Under the pieces are notes generated by a model that saw only the letters and a program-made list of their open reading frames with translations, searched no databases and had not been told where the DNA came from. From Yuukianura sp. NJ FZ-2021 (Eukaryota): 64,000 bases of DNA. The DNA lies in contig CM102284.1 in the NCBI GenBank assembly GCA_046563655.1, positions 2,170,001-2,234,000 on the forward strand, given 5' to 3'. Each line of letters starts with the position of its first letter. The stretch's first letter is position 1. This document shows, in pieces, positions 36,266 through 48,182 of this stretch. The position numbers were made by a program, and so were the translations under genes.

Positions 36266-36879
36266 TTTTTCCGTAAAATTAATGCCGAACCTAATTTCAA
36301 TGCCAATTTTTTTTTGTGCAAAAATTCAACTTCTTAATTAACCAAGCTGATACAGTTGCCACTTATTTATAGTTAAGTGGAAAGGCTTTTGTTACAATGG
36401 CTTTACAATGACTATCAGGAAGGCCTACGTGTCAACCATCTTAATTGAGTTGCGACCAGAAGAATAAAAAAGATGAACGCTTATTTGGCGATTTAAGTAG
36501 ACAAACGAAGCAAAATCGTCCGTAAGTTTTTTTTTTGATTCATTATATCGGCAGTTAGTTCAACCAAAATTAATCTAATTAGCGACTTTTGCGTAACATA
36601 AATAAGCAGGTTTTTTAATTGAAATTCTTTTATTTTATAGGTGTTCGTCACTCAAATGCTGTAAGGAGCCTCTATAATTTCTCTTCTTAAGCAAGTCTCT
36701 CACATTTGGGAAACCAATCGACAGTTGAGAAGTAATACCAATTAAAGCTAAATGCGTAAAAATAGTCTCACGTCAACGTGGGAACGAAACAAAGCTTCTC
36801 GCAATACACTTACTTAAATCGGGTTGTAAAGGAGTATAAGAAAGTGGCGGAAGATGAAACTAAATGAAAAATTGGGTGG

Positions 36880-37215
36880 TACCGCGGACACATCATCGTA
36901 AACAATAGGGACTAAAGTCATGAATGGTAAAATCAATAAATTGACCCTTGACCCGGGAAAAGTCCTTTGGGGGTTGTCTGTGTTACACAAATGATGAGAT
37001 CGTTTTCGTCATTTTTGATGTTACCAAATAGAAAACCGGTTGACCTTGACTTTTGAAACAAAATCAGTTGGGCTCGTATTCAATATTAAAGCAACCTCGT
37101 AAAGCATCCCGGAGTCACTAGTGTAAACTGATATGTTCAGCCGTTCTAGAGGTAACTCACGTCTATGACTGGCCAGACAGAGAGTCAGACCAGGTCAATG
37201 CATAAAGTAGCTTTG
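36880..37215 (-). mobile_element. DINE-1/HINE-like repeat
   Basis: CAGACAGAGAGTCAGACCAGGTCAATGCATAAAGTAGCTTT; colinear with 32370-32722. Confidence 0.6.
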
Positions 37216-37680
37216 GCTATTTGAAAAAAAATCGCCAGTACCACTTTTGGCCTTAAAGATAATGATTACCGTCACACATTAAATCGGCATGTTTATTCTG
37301 TCAAATATTTTAATTGCCCTTCCTTCTAGAAGGATCCTTATCGATGTCACATCATTCCTTCCAAAGGAATGTTGTATATGAAATCCTAAGTTCATAGTTT
37401 GGCTTAAAACACTCCGTCTTAACTCTAAATAGAGGCGTAATTAGCAAGTTAGAATTTAAGGTTTTTTTTTCTTTTTGATCTTCTAATTGAAGAGGAATCG
37501 TGAAACTCAAGGATTTATAAGACAGACAAAGTGAATGCATAAAGTAGCTGTCGCTACTTCATAAAACACAAGGCGGATAAATTACTGTCATAGAACTTAT
37601 AAATTTTTTATTTAAACTCCAAAATGAACAAAATGAAATAAAGTTTGTTCTCTCAGTGGAAAGCCATTAATATGCAATCT

Positions 37681-39215
37681 TTATTGTGACGATTGTGTCT
37701 TTGTTCCTCCAAATCGAACTGGAAGGTCAGCTAGATTTACGTGTTTGGAGATTTCTGCCTGTTGTTCGTTTCGATCGTATCCAAATATTAGTAAGGACTT
37801 TTTAGTTGACTCCGACATAAAGCTTCTCATCAATTGAACAACTGGATCGACGATTCGAGGAGCTAGAAACGTTGAGTCAAATCAGTTCATATAGTTGCAT
37901 CGATACTTTCAGCAAAAAATTAAAAAAAAGTCAATTACCGTTGACGGCTATAAGCCTATAGAAGTTGTATGGATAATGGAGCTCATGGAAGACAGCCCAG
38001 TTCACGTATAATGGAAGACCTAATAAGTAGCTAATGTTTAGCATGCATACACGAGAAACATAGTTCACATCTAACCCATTACGTAAATCCCACGATTAGA
38101 AATACAAAATTCGTGCTATTAGGTAAACTGTGCGCAACATAAACTTTTAGCATGTATCATTTTCTGACGTATTGCCAACTTATGTTACCGCTATTAAGCC
38201 ATAAATTTTAAGGTACTTACACCCGGTACAAGCATGTGTCCTTAACGCAAATCCATTATAGTCGGCAATAAGTAATGATAATGGCTCTCCCGTAACATTG
38301 TAACTCAGTTGCGCCGCTCTTTCTTCCATCCGAGCTAGAAGAAAGCCCAATTCAGGCACTTTGCCCTCCAGTGCCTTACGGCGTACGTTCCAATCGCCGT
38401 AAGGAAGAAGAACAACTTTAAACAACGTTAATCAAAACTTAAAAAATTGTTATACCAAATTTCAAATAAATTATACAAATAGTATTATTTATGTTAGTTA
38501 TTTTGTGTAGTTACTTGGTCTGCCCTCTTTGTCTTTTGACGTAGTAACGTCAAGGACGTAATTATTTTCCAAATCAGAATCAAATTTATAGCCAGGTAAA
38601 TTGTCGGCATCAACTGACTTACGCCACTCCAAGGTCTGAGTATCACAAGTTAATACATAGAAATTACAAAACTTGAAAAAAAAAACATTTGTTAACAAAA
38701 AGACGGTGTAGAACAGTATACGAGTGAGAGTTGATCATACTAAATACTTGCATAAAAATTCCCACTTCATTTTTCACTTACTTTCTCCAGAGCTTCTCGT
38801 GCCTTTTTCTGATCAAAATTTTTGGCTGAAATTTTTTTTTTCATTTTTTTTTAAGTTTTCATTTTAAAAGAAGCGTCGAGTTGTTTTGGTTAAATTAAAC
38901 ATTACCTTTGAGCCACTTGATTAAATAAGCATCGGATTTCATATAGCTGGCCGTCAATTTACCAGCTACAGCTTGTCTCAACTAAAGAATACAAAAAATA
39001 GCATTTAATAGTAAGAAATAAGTTTATTGTCGTGAAAATTAATTAGCAAGAGCATTTCTTGAGCACATGAAATACAAAAAAAATCAAAGTGATTAAGAAC
39101 TGGCCTTCTCGATTTCTGCTTTTTCCTTTGCTGTAAACGCTGGAGGAAATGCTCCGTTAGTCAAAATTACGCCAAGACACACAGTAAGTGTTAGGATTAA
39201 TTTCAAGTTTGACAT
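37681..39215 (-). CDS. SEC14-like/CRAL-TRIO protein with signal peptide, copy 5
   Basis: MSNLKLILTLTVCLGVILTNGAFPP...LADLPVRFGGTKTQSSQ*. The intron 1 donor is GC (AAG|GCCAGT) rather than GT. Confidence 0.8.
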
Positions 39216-40110
39216 TCTTCTGATTTTTTTCCACACAAGTTACACCTAGCGTAATCTTGATTATAATTCTTTCAAAAACTCAAGTTTCAATTAATCAAAC
39301 GTGTATGATTAAATCATTTATTTATTATTAAATACAAAAGGTTTTGGTAAAATGGTTTCACAATTGCTTTCACGAAGGCCAGCCGCCCTGAGTTCCAACA
39401 ACAAAACTAAATAGATCAAAACTCGTTTGGCTTTTTAAATATTCCAAAAGATGCAGAAATCGTCCCCAACTATTTTGTTGTTGTTGCTCTCAAAAATATC
39501 CGCAGGTCCTTCAACCAATGAAATTGCTGTAAATACAATTGTTGATTAACCTTATTAAACCGGTTTTCTAATTGTAGTTCTGGTATTGTCTGATTTCATG
39601 GCTTTTCGCCATCCAAATGCTGTAAGGATCCTCTGGAAATATTCTTCTTCAAGATGTCCGCCATTCTTAGAGAAGTCAAATCAATAGTTGAGAAGTCATG
39701 CCAAATAAAGACATAGAAATAGAATCATTTCAAATTCACATGTATATACATACGATTTACATAAATACTACAACATCTTCCTTCAAGTATATTGGAATGA
39801 TATAACTTTATTTCAATTTCCATGCGTAGTTGCTTAATTATTGACAAAATTAATGTAGGCATCGCAACAATAAATTGTGTATCTCACGGTATTTAAAATT
39901 CAATAGAAAAAACAAGAAGGGCGTACATACTGTCATAGTAGGTACTTGTTTAGTATTGGATACTACTAAAGTATAATCCTAAACCACTAAAATTGATTAA
40001 ACTAAAAATTAATTTACTAACTTAAGTACTTTTTCGTGGCTTGAGAGGAAGTTTGGACACTGGAGGGAAGTAAATTTCCCGTTCAGTGGAAACCTACCTA
40101 CAAACAAACT

Positions 40111-41763
40111 TTATTGTAAAGCTTGTTTCTTCGTTCCTCCAAACCGAACTGGAATGTCATCGAGATTTGCGTGTTTGGAAATTTCTGCTTGTTGTTCCTT
40201 TCGGTCGTATCCAAATACTAGTAAAGACTTTGAAGTTGACTCCGACATTAAGTTTCTTACCAACTTCACAATTGGGTCAAAAACTCTCGGAGCTAGAAAC
40301 ATTGAATCAATAATTAGTTCATGAAGTTGGAGCGGTACTTTGGTAAGAGAATGACCTACCGTTGATGGCTATCATCCTGTAGAAGTTGTATGGGTAATAA
40401 AGCTCATGGAAGACAGTCCAGTGAACGTACAATGGAATACCTAAAAAGTAGATAATGCTTGGCATCATTACACGAGATACATAATTCACATCTAGTCAAT
40501 CACTTAAGTCACAAGAATGCATACATACAAAAGTCGTGCAATTACGTACGTCTTCCAACGTAGCCAACGTTATAGATCACAATTACAACGTAGCCTATGT
40601 AATTGTGATCTATAACTAATTGCAAGACATATTGAGTTAATTAATGTTCATACTACCTATTACTAACATAGTCGAGTAAGAAGCTGTTACGCGACAGATT
40701 TGAAACTGGTGCGAGTTTTGAAATTTTAAGGTTACTTACATTTTGTGCATCCTTGCTTCTTTAACGAAAATCCACTAAGGTCGGCAATAAGTAATGATAA
40801 TGGCTCTCCAGTAACATTGTAGCTCAGTTGCGCCATTTTTTCCTCCCATGCATTCAGCAAAAGGCCCAATTCAGACACGAGTTTACCCTCTAGTGCCTTA
40901 CGGCGCATGTTCCACTCTCCGAGAGGAAACAATGAAACTATAAACAACATTAATCAAAATTTTAACACTCTTAAACCAAATTTTGAAAAAAGGAGAATTA
41001 AACCAGCATCATGGGAATACTATTTGTGTTGATTATTTTATATGGTTTACTTGGTCTCCCCTCCTTGTCTTTACATGTAGTGTAGTCAATGACGTATTGC
41101 TTTTCCAATTCAGGATCAAGCTTATAGTAAGGTAAGTTGTCTGCATCAACCGACTTACGCCACTCCAGGGTCTAGTAAGCATTACAAATTAATACATTTT
41201 ATATTAATATTATATTTTTATATAAAATTTATGATTTATGTATAGCATGTTTTGTGTAAAACTACGATAAGGTTATTTCTAACATTTTTTACTTACTTTC
41301 TGCAGTGCTTCCCGTGCCATTTCGTGATCAAATTGTTTTGCTGGAAATATATTTAAAAACACAAATTAATAAAAAAAAATTGTGTTTTGAGTAAAATTAG
41401 TATTGCTTAGTATTGGTTACGTTGAAGTTACGTTACCTTTGAGCCACTTGATTAAATAAGCATCGGATTCCATGTAATGTGCCGTCAATTTACCAGCTAC
41501 AGCTTGTCTCAACTAAAGAATATAACAATCATGTACTAATGAAATAAATAATAAAATAAGTTCATTAAAATTAGAATTAATTAACTTTAGGCATTTCCTG
41601 AAGCCATAAAATACAAAATGCATGGTGATTAGTAAGAACTGACCTTATCGATGGCTTCTTTTTCTTTTGCTGTAAACACTGGAGGATGTGCGGAATTTGT
41701 CTCAATCAATCCAAGACAAAACGTAAGTGACAAAACTAATTTCAAATTGAACATTGGTTTCAT
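40111..41763 (-). CDS. SEC14-like/CRAL-TRIO protein with signal peptide, copy 6
   Basis: MKPMFNLKLVLSLTFCLGLIETNSAHPP...LDDIPVRFGGTKKQALQ*; 7 exons. Confidence 0.87.
40569..40616. repeat. Perfect 19-bp inverted repeat with 10-nt loop (intronic hairpin)
   Basis: GTTATAGATCACAATTACA-ACGTAGCCTA-TGTAATTGTGATCTATAAC. Confidence 0.9.
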
Positions 41764-42555
41764 TTTCTTTCCGAACCTAACTTGATTTTAGTGATATTTC
41801 ATTCAAAAATTATTTTTTAGCTACCCAAACTGATACAGTTAAGTCGCTTTATTTATGGTTAATTGCAAAAAGTTTTGTCACAATGGGTTTGACAAAGTTC
41901 AGCGTGTCAGTCAACCAGCTTATGTTGCAGCAAGAAAACTAGTCTTAAGAAGATGAAAACTCATTTGTTTAAATACTATTTCTAAAAACGCCAGGTACTA
42001 TTTTATTGTTTCGAGATATCGGCAACTTGTTCAATCAAAATCAATGGAACTGGAAACTGTTGCGTCACTTCACTTTATTAGCCCGTTAGTGGCGTCACTT
42101 TCTTACCGGTTTTCAAATTACAATTTTGGTGATCTGTACTGTCATATAGCTTTTCTCTATTCAAACGTTAAGGATCGACCGGTCACGCAGGAACATGATG
42201 GGTAATATTGCTATCATCAGGATTTAGAATTGAAAATGACGACTAAATTTAGTCGTCATTTCCAATCATGACCTAAACATAAGCACTACCGTCACACTTT
42301 AAATTTTCCCAGTTTATTTTATGTGAAATATTTTATAGACCTGCTCTATAAAAAAATCCTTAAGAATATCACGTCATCCCAACCAAAAGAATGTTCACGA
42401 ATACTAATTGTTTACTAATGGTTTGATGCGTAAAGTAGCTCTCGCTACTTAATAAAACACAATACTATAGTTGGTTATGGTTGCCACAGAACTTGTAATT
42501 TTTTATTTGGAATCCAAATTGAATTTAAAGGCTCTATTTTAGTAGAATGATTCGT

Positions 42556-45500
42556 TCAATTTGGAGAGGTATTGCTCGTGCAGTCTTCTGAACAACTTAA
42601 CTATTACGTAGTTACTAGTTAACTCAAGCAGCTTACCTGTTAGCCTCAAGTCAATTTTGGGGACTTCTGGAAAATTAAAAGACAAAATTAGTGCTGACAC
42701 AAATGGTTTTTAGAGTTTTAGTCTGTTCCGAAAAACTTCTTACCAATGGATTCTGGAATTTCTATTTCTTGCTCTACAAATGAAATATTTTTTCAAAAAT
42801 ATAGTAATATTTCAAAAATAAACAAGATGATGACTTTGAGTGACCTATGTCTGGAGCAGCTTCGTCGCTTCCTAAGTCATGGCTGTGCCGATGGCGTTGA
42901 ATAACTCTGACCTTCTTGATGGCAACGCCCGGAATTTCGACATTCGTGTCGAGGTCTCCGACGTTAAAGTCAAGGTCACCCGTTGGCGCATCGGGTAAAC
43001 CTAAGCTAATGTCCGGTATATCTGAAACAAATTAAACAATGTTGCAAGGTTCGTCAACAAAGCAAATGTTGTTTGTACAACAGGTTGTTCAATAACTCGG
43101 GTTCTTCAATGCTGACTTCCGTTTCTACTACAATTTTGTCTGTTTTTTCTTTGTAGTAATAGTCGACCAGTTAGGAGAAAATTGAAGGCATAAACAGAAT
43201 TGAAGGAAAAATGGAGGAAAAATTTTCTTCCTAAAATTTTGAAGCAGGGAGTTATTGGACAACCTGTTGTAGAAAATACTATTCGGTTCTGAAAACACCT
43301 AGCTATGTTGAATGACATTAGATTTTACCTAAGTGCAGTTCATCTACAAGATGAAGGTGAGGTGTTGTTATGACAGTCTTGTGTTTTCTTCTAATAGCGA
43401 CTTCAGGGGTGTCTAGCTCCAGCGTGACTGCTGGAAATTCCAGGTCGCTGTCTGGAACACTCAGTTCTTCAGTGTCAAATTTATCAATTTTAATGTCTGT
43501 TGTATCTAAAAATTTGGAAATCTAAATTTCACAAGGAACTCAAAAAAGAAGGACACTTTTTTAAGAAATTTTGTTTCACAAAAGTAGATACCAAATTTTG
43601 GTTCATCTAGATGAACATGTACGCCGTGAGTGTGTGCAAGTGTTGGGACAACCTTGATTGTTTGTTTCGTCCTTGTTTTGAATTGTGGAATCTTCACGTC
43701 TACGTCCAACTCACCAACAGAAAAGTCCAAATCTACATCCGGAACTTCCAGCTCACCAACACTCACTCCAATGTCTGGTGCTTCTGTAGTTCCAAAATTT
43801 TGAAATCGTAAATTCTCATTTTTTTTTAAATTTTCATTGAAAATCACCGAATTCCGGGTGTGCCAGATCAATTTTCACTTTGTCTCCAAGCCCACTCAGA
43901 CCGACTTTGACTCTCGTTTTAGCATCACGTACTGTCATATCTACATCCAACTTTCCAACGGAAAAATCTACATCAGTATCTGGAATTTCCAAGTCACTGA
44001 CGCCTACTCCTATTTGAGGTGCTTCTGAAATTTCCAAACAAAAAACTGTTCAAAGGCGTTGCTCTTTTTGTTTAAATTTTTTTGAAAAATGGTTACCAAA
44101 TTCCGGATCTTCCAAATCAATGTTGAGCTTATCGCCAAGACCAATCAGACCAATTTTAACTCTAGTTTTGGCGTCGCGTACTGTCGTATCTACATCCAGT
44201 TTATCCACAGAAAACCCCAAATCCGTATCTGAAGCAGTTGGTTCCTCAATATTTACATCGATTTTTGGTGCTTCTGTAAAGGTAAATTTTTTTTTTCAAA
44301 AAATATATTTTTCAAAATGTGACTTTGATTTTCTTTTATAATTTCCTTACCAACTTCTGGTTGCTCCAGCTCGATTTTGACTTTATCTTCTGTTTGGATA
44401 GCATCAATGGCTACCCTTGTTTCAACATCTGTCAATTTCAAATGGTCCACATCTACCTTGTTAACGGAAAAATCAAGGTCATCAAATTTTGGCGTCTCTG
44501 TGACATCTATTCCAATTTTTGGAATCTCTGAAATGTAAAAAGTAAGTCAAGGCGTTTTCAAATTTTCATAATTTTGAAAACTGACCGAGTTGTGGCTCAT
44601 CTAGATGAACATGCACGTTTCCCGAAGTTATGGCAATCTTGGTCTTCGTTTTGAGCGGAATTTCTGTTTTGAGTTCATCAGCCGTAAATTTCTTGTCGTC
44701 TTGCGGCATGGTTGGCACTTCAATTGAAATTCCTACATCCTTTACATCTGCGCAACAAAAAATTTAAATAAAATTTGAAAACATATACTAAAAACTGTTT
44801 TAAGCTAACCAAGATCATGATGACCATGCGTATGGACGTGAGCTGGAGGAGTCTCGATCACTACCGGTTTCGGCTTCGTTTTTACGGCTATTCTCGGAAT
44901 GCTGATTTCTGATCCAAGTGTTCCTACGTTGAAGTCAAGGTCGCCTACCTGCAGCTCTTCAATTTGTAATCCAATCTCAGGAAGATCTGACAATCAAATC
45001 GAAATTTTATTGAGAAAAATCATTTGAAATTATTGAATTTTGAAATTTGATTTTTGACGTTTGTACCCAGTTTTGGTTGTTCCAAGTGTAGGTGGACTGG
45101 ATCTGGTTGTACTATTTTGAGCTGTCTTTTTTTAGTTACTTTTGCAGTTGGCTCTTCTACATTCACCAAAGTTCCAATGGAAAAGTCAATGTCACTTTGC
45201 CCAACTTCCGGTTCAGAAATGTTGATCGAAATGGCAGGACATTCTACACAAATTATTTAGAAAACTCAAAATTTAAAAAAAAATAAAAGAAAAAACCAAA
45301 ATTTTTTAAGCACTTTCGCTTTTTAGTTCGAAAAAGGCCAAAGGGAAAGTTCACCTAATTGAGGTTGTTCCAAATGCAAGTGGACAGGAGCCGGTGGGAC
45401 AATTTTGAGGTGGCTCTTTTTCTTAACTACTTTAGAAGTCGTAGGTTCTTCTGCCACCAAGGTTCCCACCGAAAAATCAAGGTCACTCTGCGGAATTCCG

Positions 45501-46718
45501 GGTTCGGAAATGCTGATAGATAATTCAGGAAATTCTAAAAAACCAACAATTAAAAAAGTCAATCCTTCAAGTTTTTTTTAAAAGTTTTTTTCTTTTGAAG
45601 CTTACTCACCTAATTGTGGTTGTTCCAAATGCAAGTGGACTGGATCTGGTGGGACAATTTTTAGGTGGGTCTTCCTCTTTACTACTTTGCAGGTCGTGGG
45701 TTGTTGCGGCATTTCCACATCCGTCTTCACGACGCAAATAGAAAAATCGACGTGACTGTGTGGAATCGTTGTGTGAATGTGAACATCGGGTGCCTCTGAA
45801 ATCACAAATTTCGAAATTCAAAATTTAAAAAAAACCTTTCTTTTTTTCCAAATGTCACACATTTTTGGTTGTTACCAAGCTCAGGCTCCTCTGTGTCTAC
45901 TGGAACGTCAGGAGTAACTAAACGGTAGAAAGTTTTGTTAAAATTTGTATAATTAATTACTAATTAATAATTATTGTTAACTACAAATTAGTAAAGTGAT
46001 TTTAATTTACTTACCGAGTGGTTCAAAGTCTGTTTTCATTCCTTTGAGTCCGAGTGCTTTTCGTTCCGGGTTGTCTGGTACTTCCATGTCATCCATTTTG
46101 AAATCCAAGTCTATTTTTGGTTCGGAGGTTTCAATTTCTATTCCAGTTAAAGGGATTGGGATGGGTTCTAAGCACATCGCAAAATTTTAAAATTTTGAAA
46201 CTTATGAAATTCAGAAAAACATAAATTAAAAAGCATGAGCTACCCAGGTCAGGGGTCAAGTTATCCGTGTCCAATGGTATCGTCTGTCCTTGAAGCCAGG
46301 TACTTATCAAGTGGGTCGACGATACCTCCACCACTTCAGGTCGGTACTCTGTCCGTTTTGTCAACCTAGAACAGGTCAAAGGTCAACAGAGGTCAAAGGT
46401 CAAAGATTACAACGTTTACCTTAGGTACATCAATATTAGCTGTGTCTTTGTCTAGTGTGATTGTGGGGTTTGGGGGTGAGGTTATGGGGATTCCGTCCAG
46501 GGGTCCCCATGGGGTTCGTGTGGAAATGTCAACATCACACCCTCCGCCGTCTGGAACTCTTACAGCCACGGACGGAATCTCCACGTCAACCTCGGGACGT
46601 TTTGCAATGACAATGACGTGTGGCTCTCCGTCCTTGACATCCACCATGGTCAGGTCCAAGTCCGGTCGCGGGTCGTCTACCTTTAAAACAAATTCTTCCG
46701 GAGTCACAAGCTCCGCCC
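42556..46718 (-). CDS. Uncharacterised ~18-exon acidic repeat protein (one ~55-65 aa repeat per exon); 5' end unresolved
   Basis: Successive phase 1-1 exons encode E-x-P-x-I-G-V-S-V-x-E-x-E-I-P-D-x-D-L-D-F-S-V-G-x-L-D-V-D...K-T-K-x-K...H-V/L-H-L-D/E-E/Q-P-x-L/F. Examples are 45796-45610, 45534-45354, 44023-43848 and 43783-43591. Three micro-exons; TGA at 42556-42558. Confidence 0.8.
43045..43302. mobile_element. hAT-like MITE family B, copy 2
   Basis: CAAGGTTCGT..TACAACAGGTTGTTCAATAACTC...GAGTTATTGGACAACCTGTTGTAG..ACCTAG; 8-bp TSD CAATGTTG/CTATGTTG; homologous to 35147-35382. Confidence 0.75.
46373..46402 (+). promoter_or_regulatory. Two adjacent perfect DR1 nuclear-receptor elements (AGGTCA-A-AGGTCA x2) in a short intron
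   Basis: AGGTCAAAGGTCA at 46373-46385 and at 46390-46402. Confidence 0.35.
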
Positions 46719-47289
46719 CTGCAAAAACCAAACATTGCAAATTATTTAAGACAATAACTGGACTAACTATTGTTCTAAAGACTGCAAGAACGCCTTTCCC
46801 CAAATCAAACACCAAATACAGGAAGAAGAGCTAAATTTTTTGAAATTTCGCTGGTACTTGTCCTCTCCTCGCCTCACCTAAAATGCTGAACAATTTTTCG
46901 AAATTTTCCTTTTGAACTCCAGTTGCGGTAATTTCTTGGCGTTTTAGGAGATAGTGAAGTGGCAAAATCTGGAAGTTGTCTCCTTTGCGGTAATTTTGCT
47001 TAATTGGTGAAAATTTCCGACGCCACACTGCAACCGAAATAATAGATTCTACCAAGGTGCAAAAGTAATTGAAAGAACGCTCCAATTTGCCAATTTAAAA
47101 ATTCGCGGTTTCGAAAGTAGCCGCAGACAGTGCAACTTCAGCTATTCAAACTGCTGTATATATTTTAATCCCTTGATTTCTAAAACTAATATTTACACAA
47201 CAAAAACTAAATAAATAAGTAAAAATAAATCTAAATAATTGGATTTTTTTTTAAATTTTAACTTTTTTTTATGTTGAATCTGTTTGGTT

Positions 47290-47790
47290 TTATCCTTGAC
47301 GTCGACTGAGGCGGAAATGAGTTGCGTAGGCTTGTTGTCTTTGGACAACACGTTGATTGTGTCTTCGGAGTAAATAGGAGCGGTAAACTTCATACGCCTC
47401 GGCTGAAGCTTTGAGAAGCAGTACAATGAGGAGACAGAGAAGAATTAGCAGAAAGCCCCATAGGATCCAAGGCAGGTACGGAATGAGGTACATTCCACAC
47501 GTAAACGCCCAGTATGTTTCTTTGGAGTCCTCAATGTCATCTGGGGGTGGGTCAAGGTTAGGTTGATTTAGTTCACTCCCAGACAACATCAACTTGATGC
47601 TAAACTTCCATGATATGGTTATGTTTGTGAGGTCAATGTTCTCTTGGATGTTGAAAGAATCCAACGGTAGACACTGTGCGCGACCCTCATCTTCGATGTT
47701 CAGTTGGGAACTTACTTGAGTTCGAAACACATCAGAAGAGACGACAACAAACAACGCGAATGTAACTAACGGAATTTCAACAAATCTCAT
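47290..47790 (-). CDS. Single-exon hypothetical type I membrane protein (~166 aa)
   Basis: Signal-like MRFVEIPLVTFALFVVVSS, N-glycosylation sequon NIT, long hydrophobic segment (YLIPYLPWILWGFLLILLCLLIVLLL) and a basic tail. Confidence 0.65.
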   Translation of the reverse strand: MRFVEIPLVTFALFVVVSSDVFRTQVSSQLNIEDEGRAQCLPLDSFNIQENIDLTNITISWKFSIKLMLSGSELNQPNLDPPPDDIEDSKETYWAFTCGMYLIPYLPWILWGFLLILLCLLIVLLLKASAEAYEVYRSYLLRRHNQRVVQRQQAYATHFRLSRRQG

Positions 47791-48182
47791 TTTCAAAATT
47801 TCTGAAATTAAAATCTAACTTTTGAGAAAGTGTTTGAATGTCTAAGATTAACTGTGATACAGTTATGCCTGTAGTAATATTACAACAAATTTTAAGCTTG
47901 GCGTTGGATAGGAAAAGTGCTCTGTCAAACTTTCATTGACACAATAGCTGAAATTTTGTTCAAACGAAAAATTGAGTACGAAAGAACAATTAAAAATTGT
48001 CATAAAAAGTTAATACAAACAGAAGATTCCAAGGAACGCTTGAAACATGAAACCAAAATGCCGATTTCTAACTAAACGTTAATTAACAAAGTTAATTAAA
48101 TTCAACACATAAAGTGAATTAGTTGTATCTAATTTCACATTTTTTTTAATATTGATTTATTTGAATTTTCTTTTGTTACATT

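Noticed and set aside
46333-46340. Possible TGA readthrough or selenocysteine in the VDKTDRVPT* frame
   Set aside because: A second stop (TAA) follows within the same exon in that frame and no SECIS is evident.
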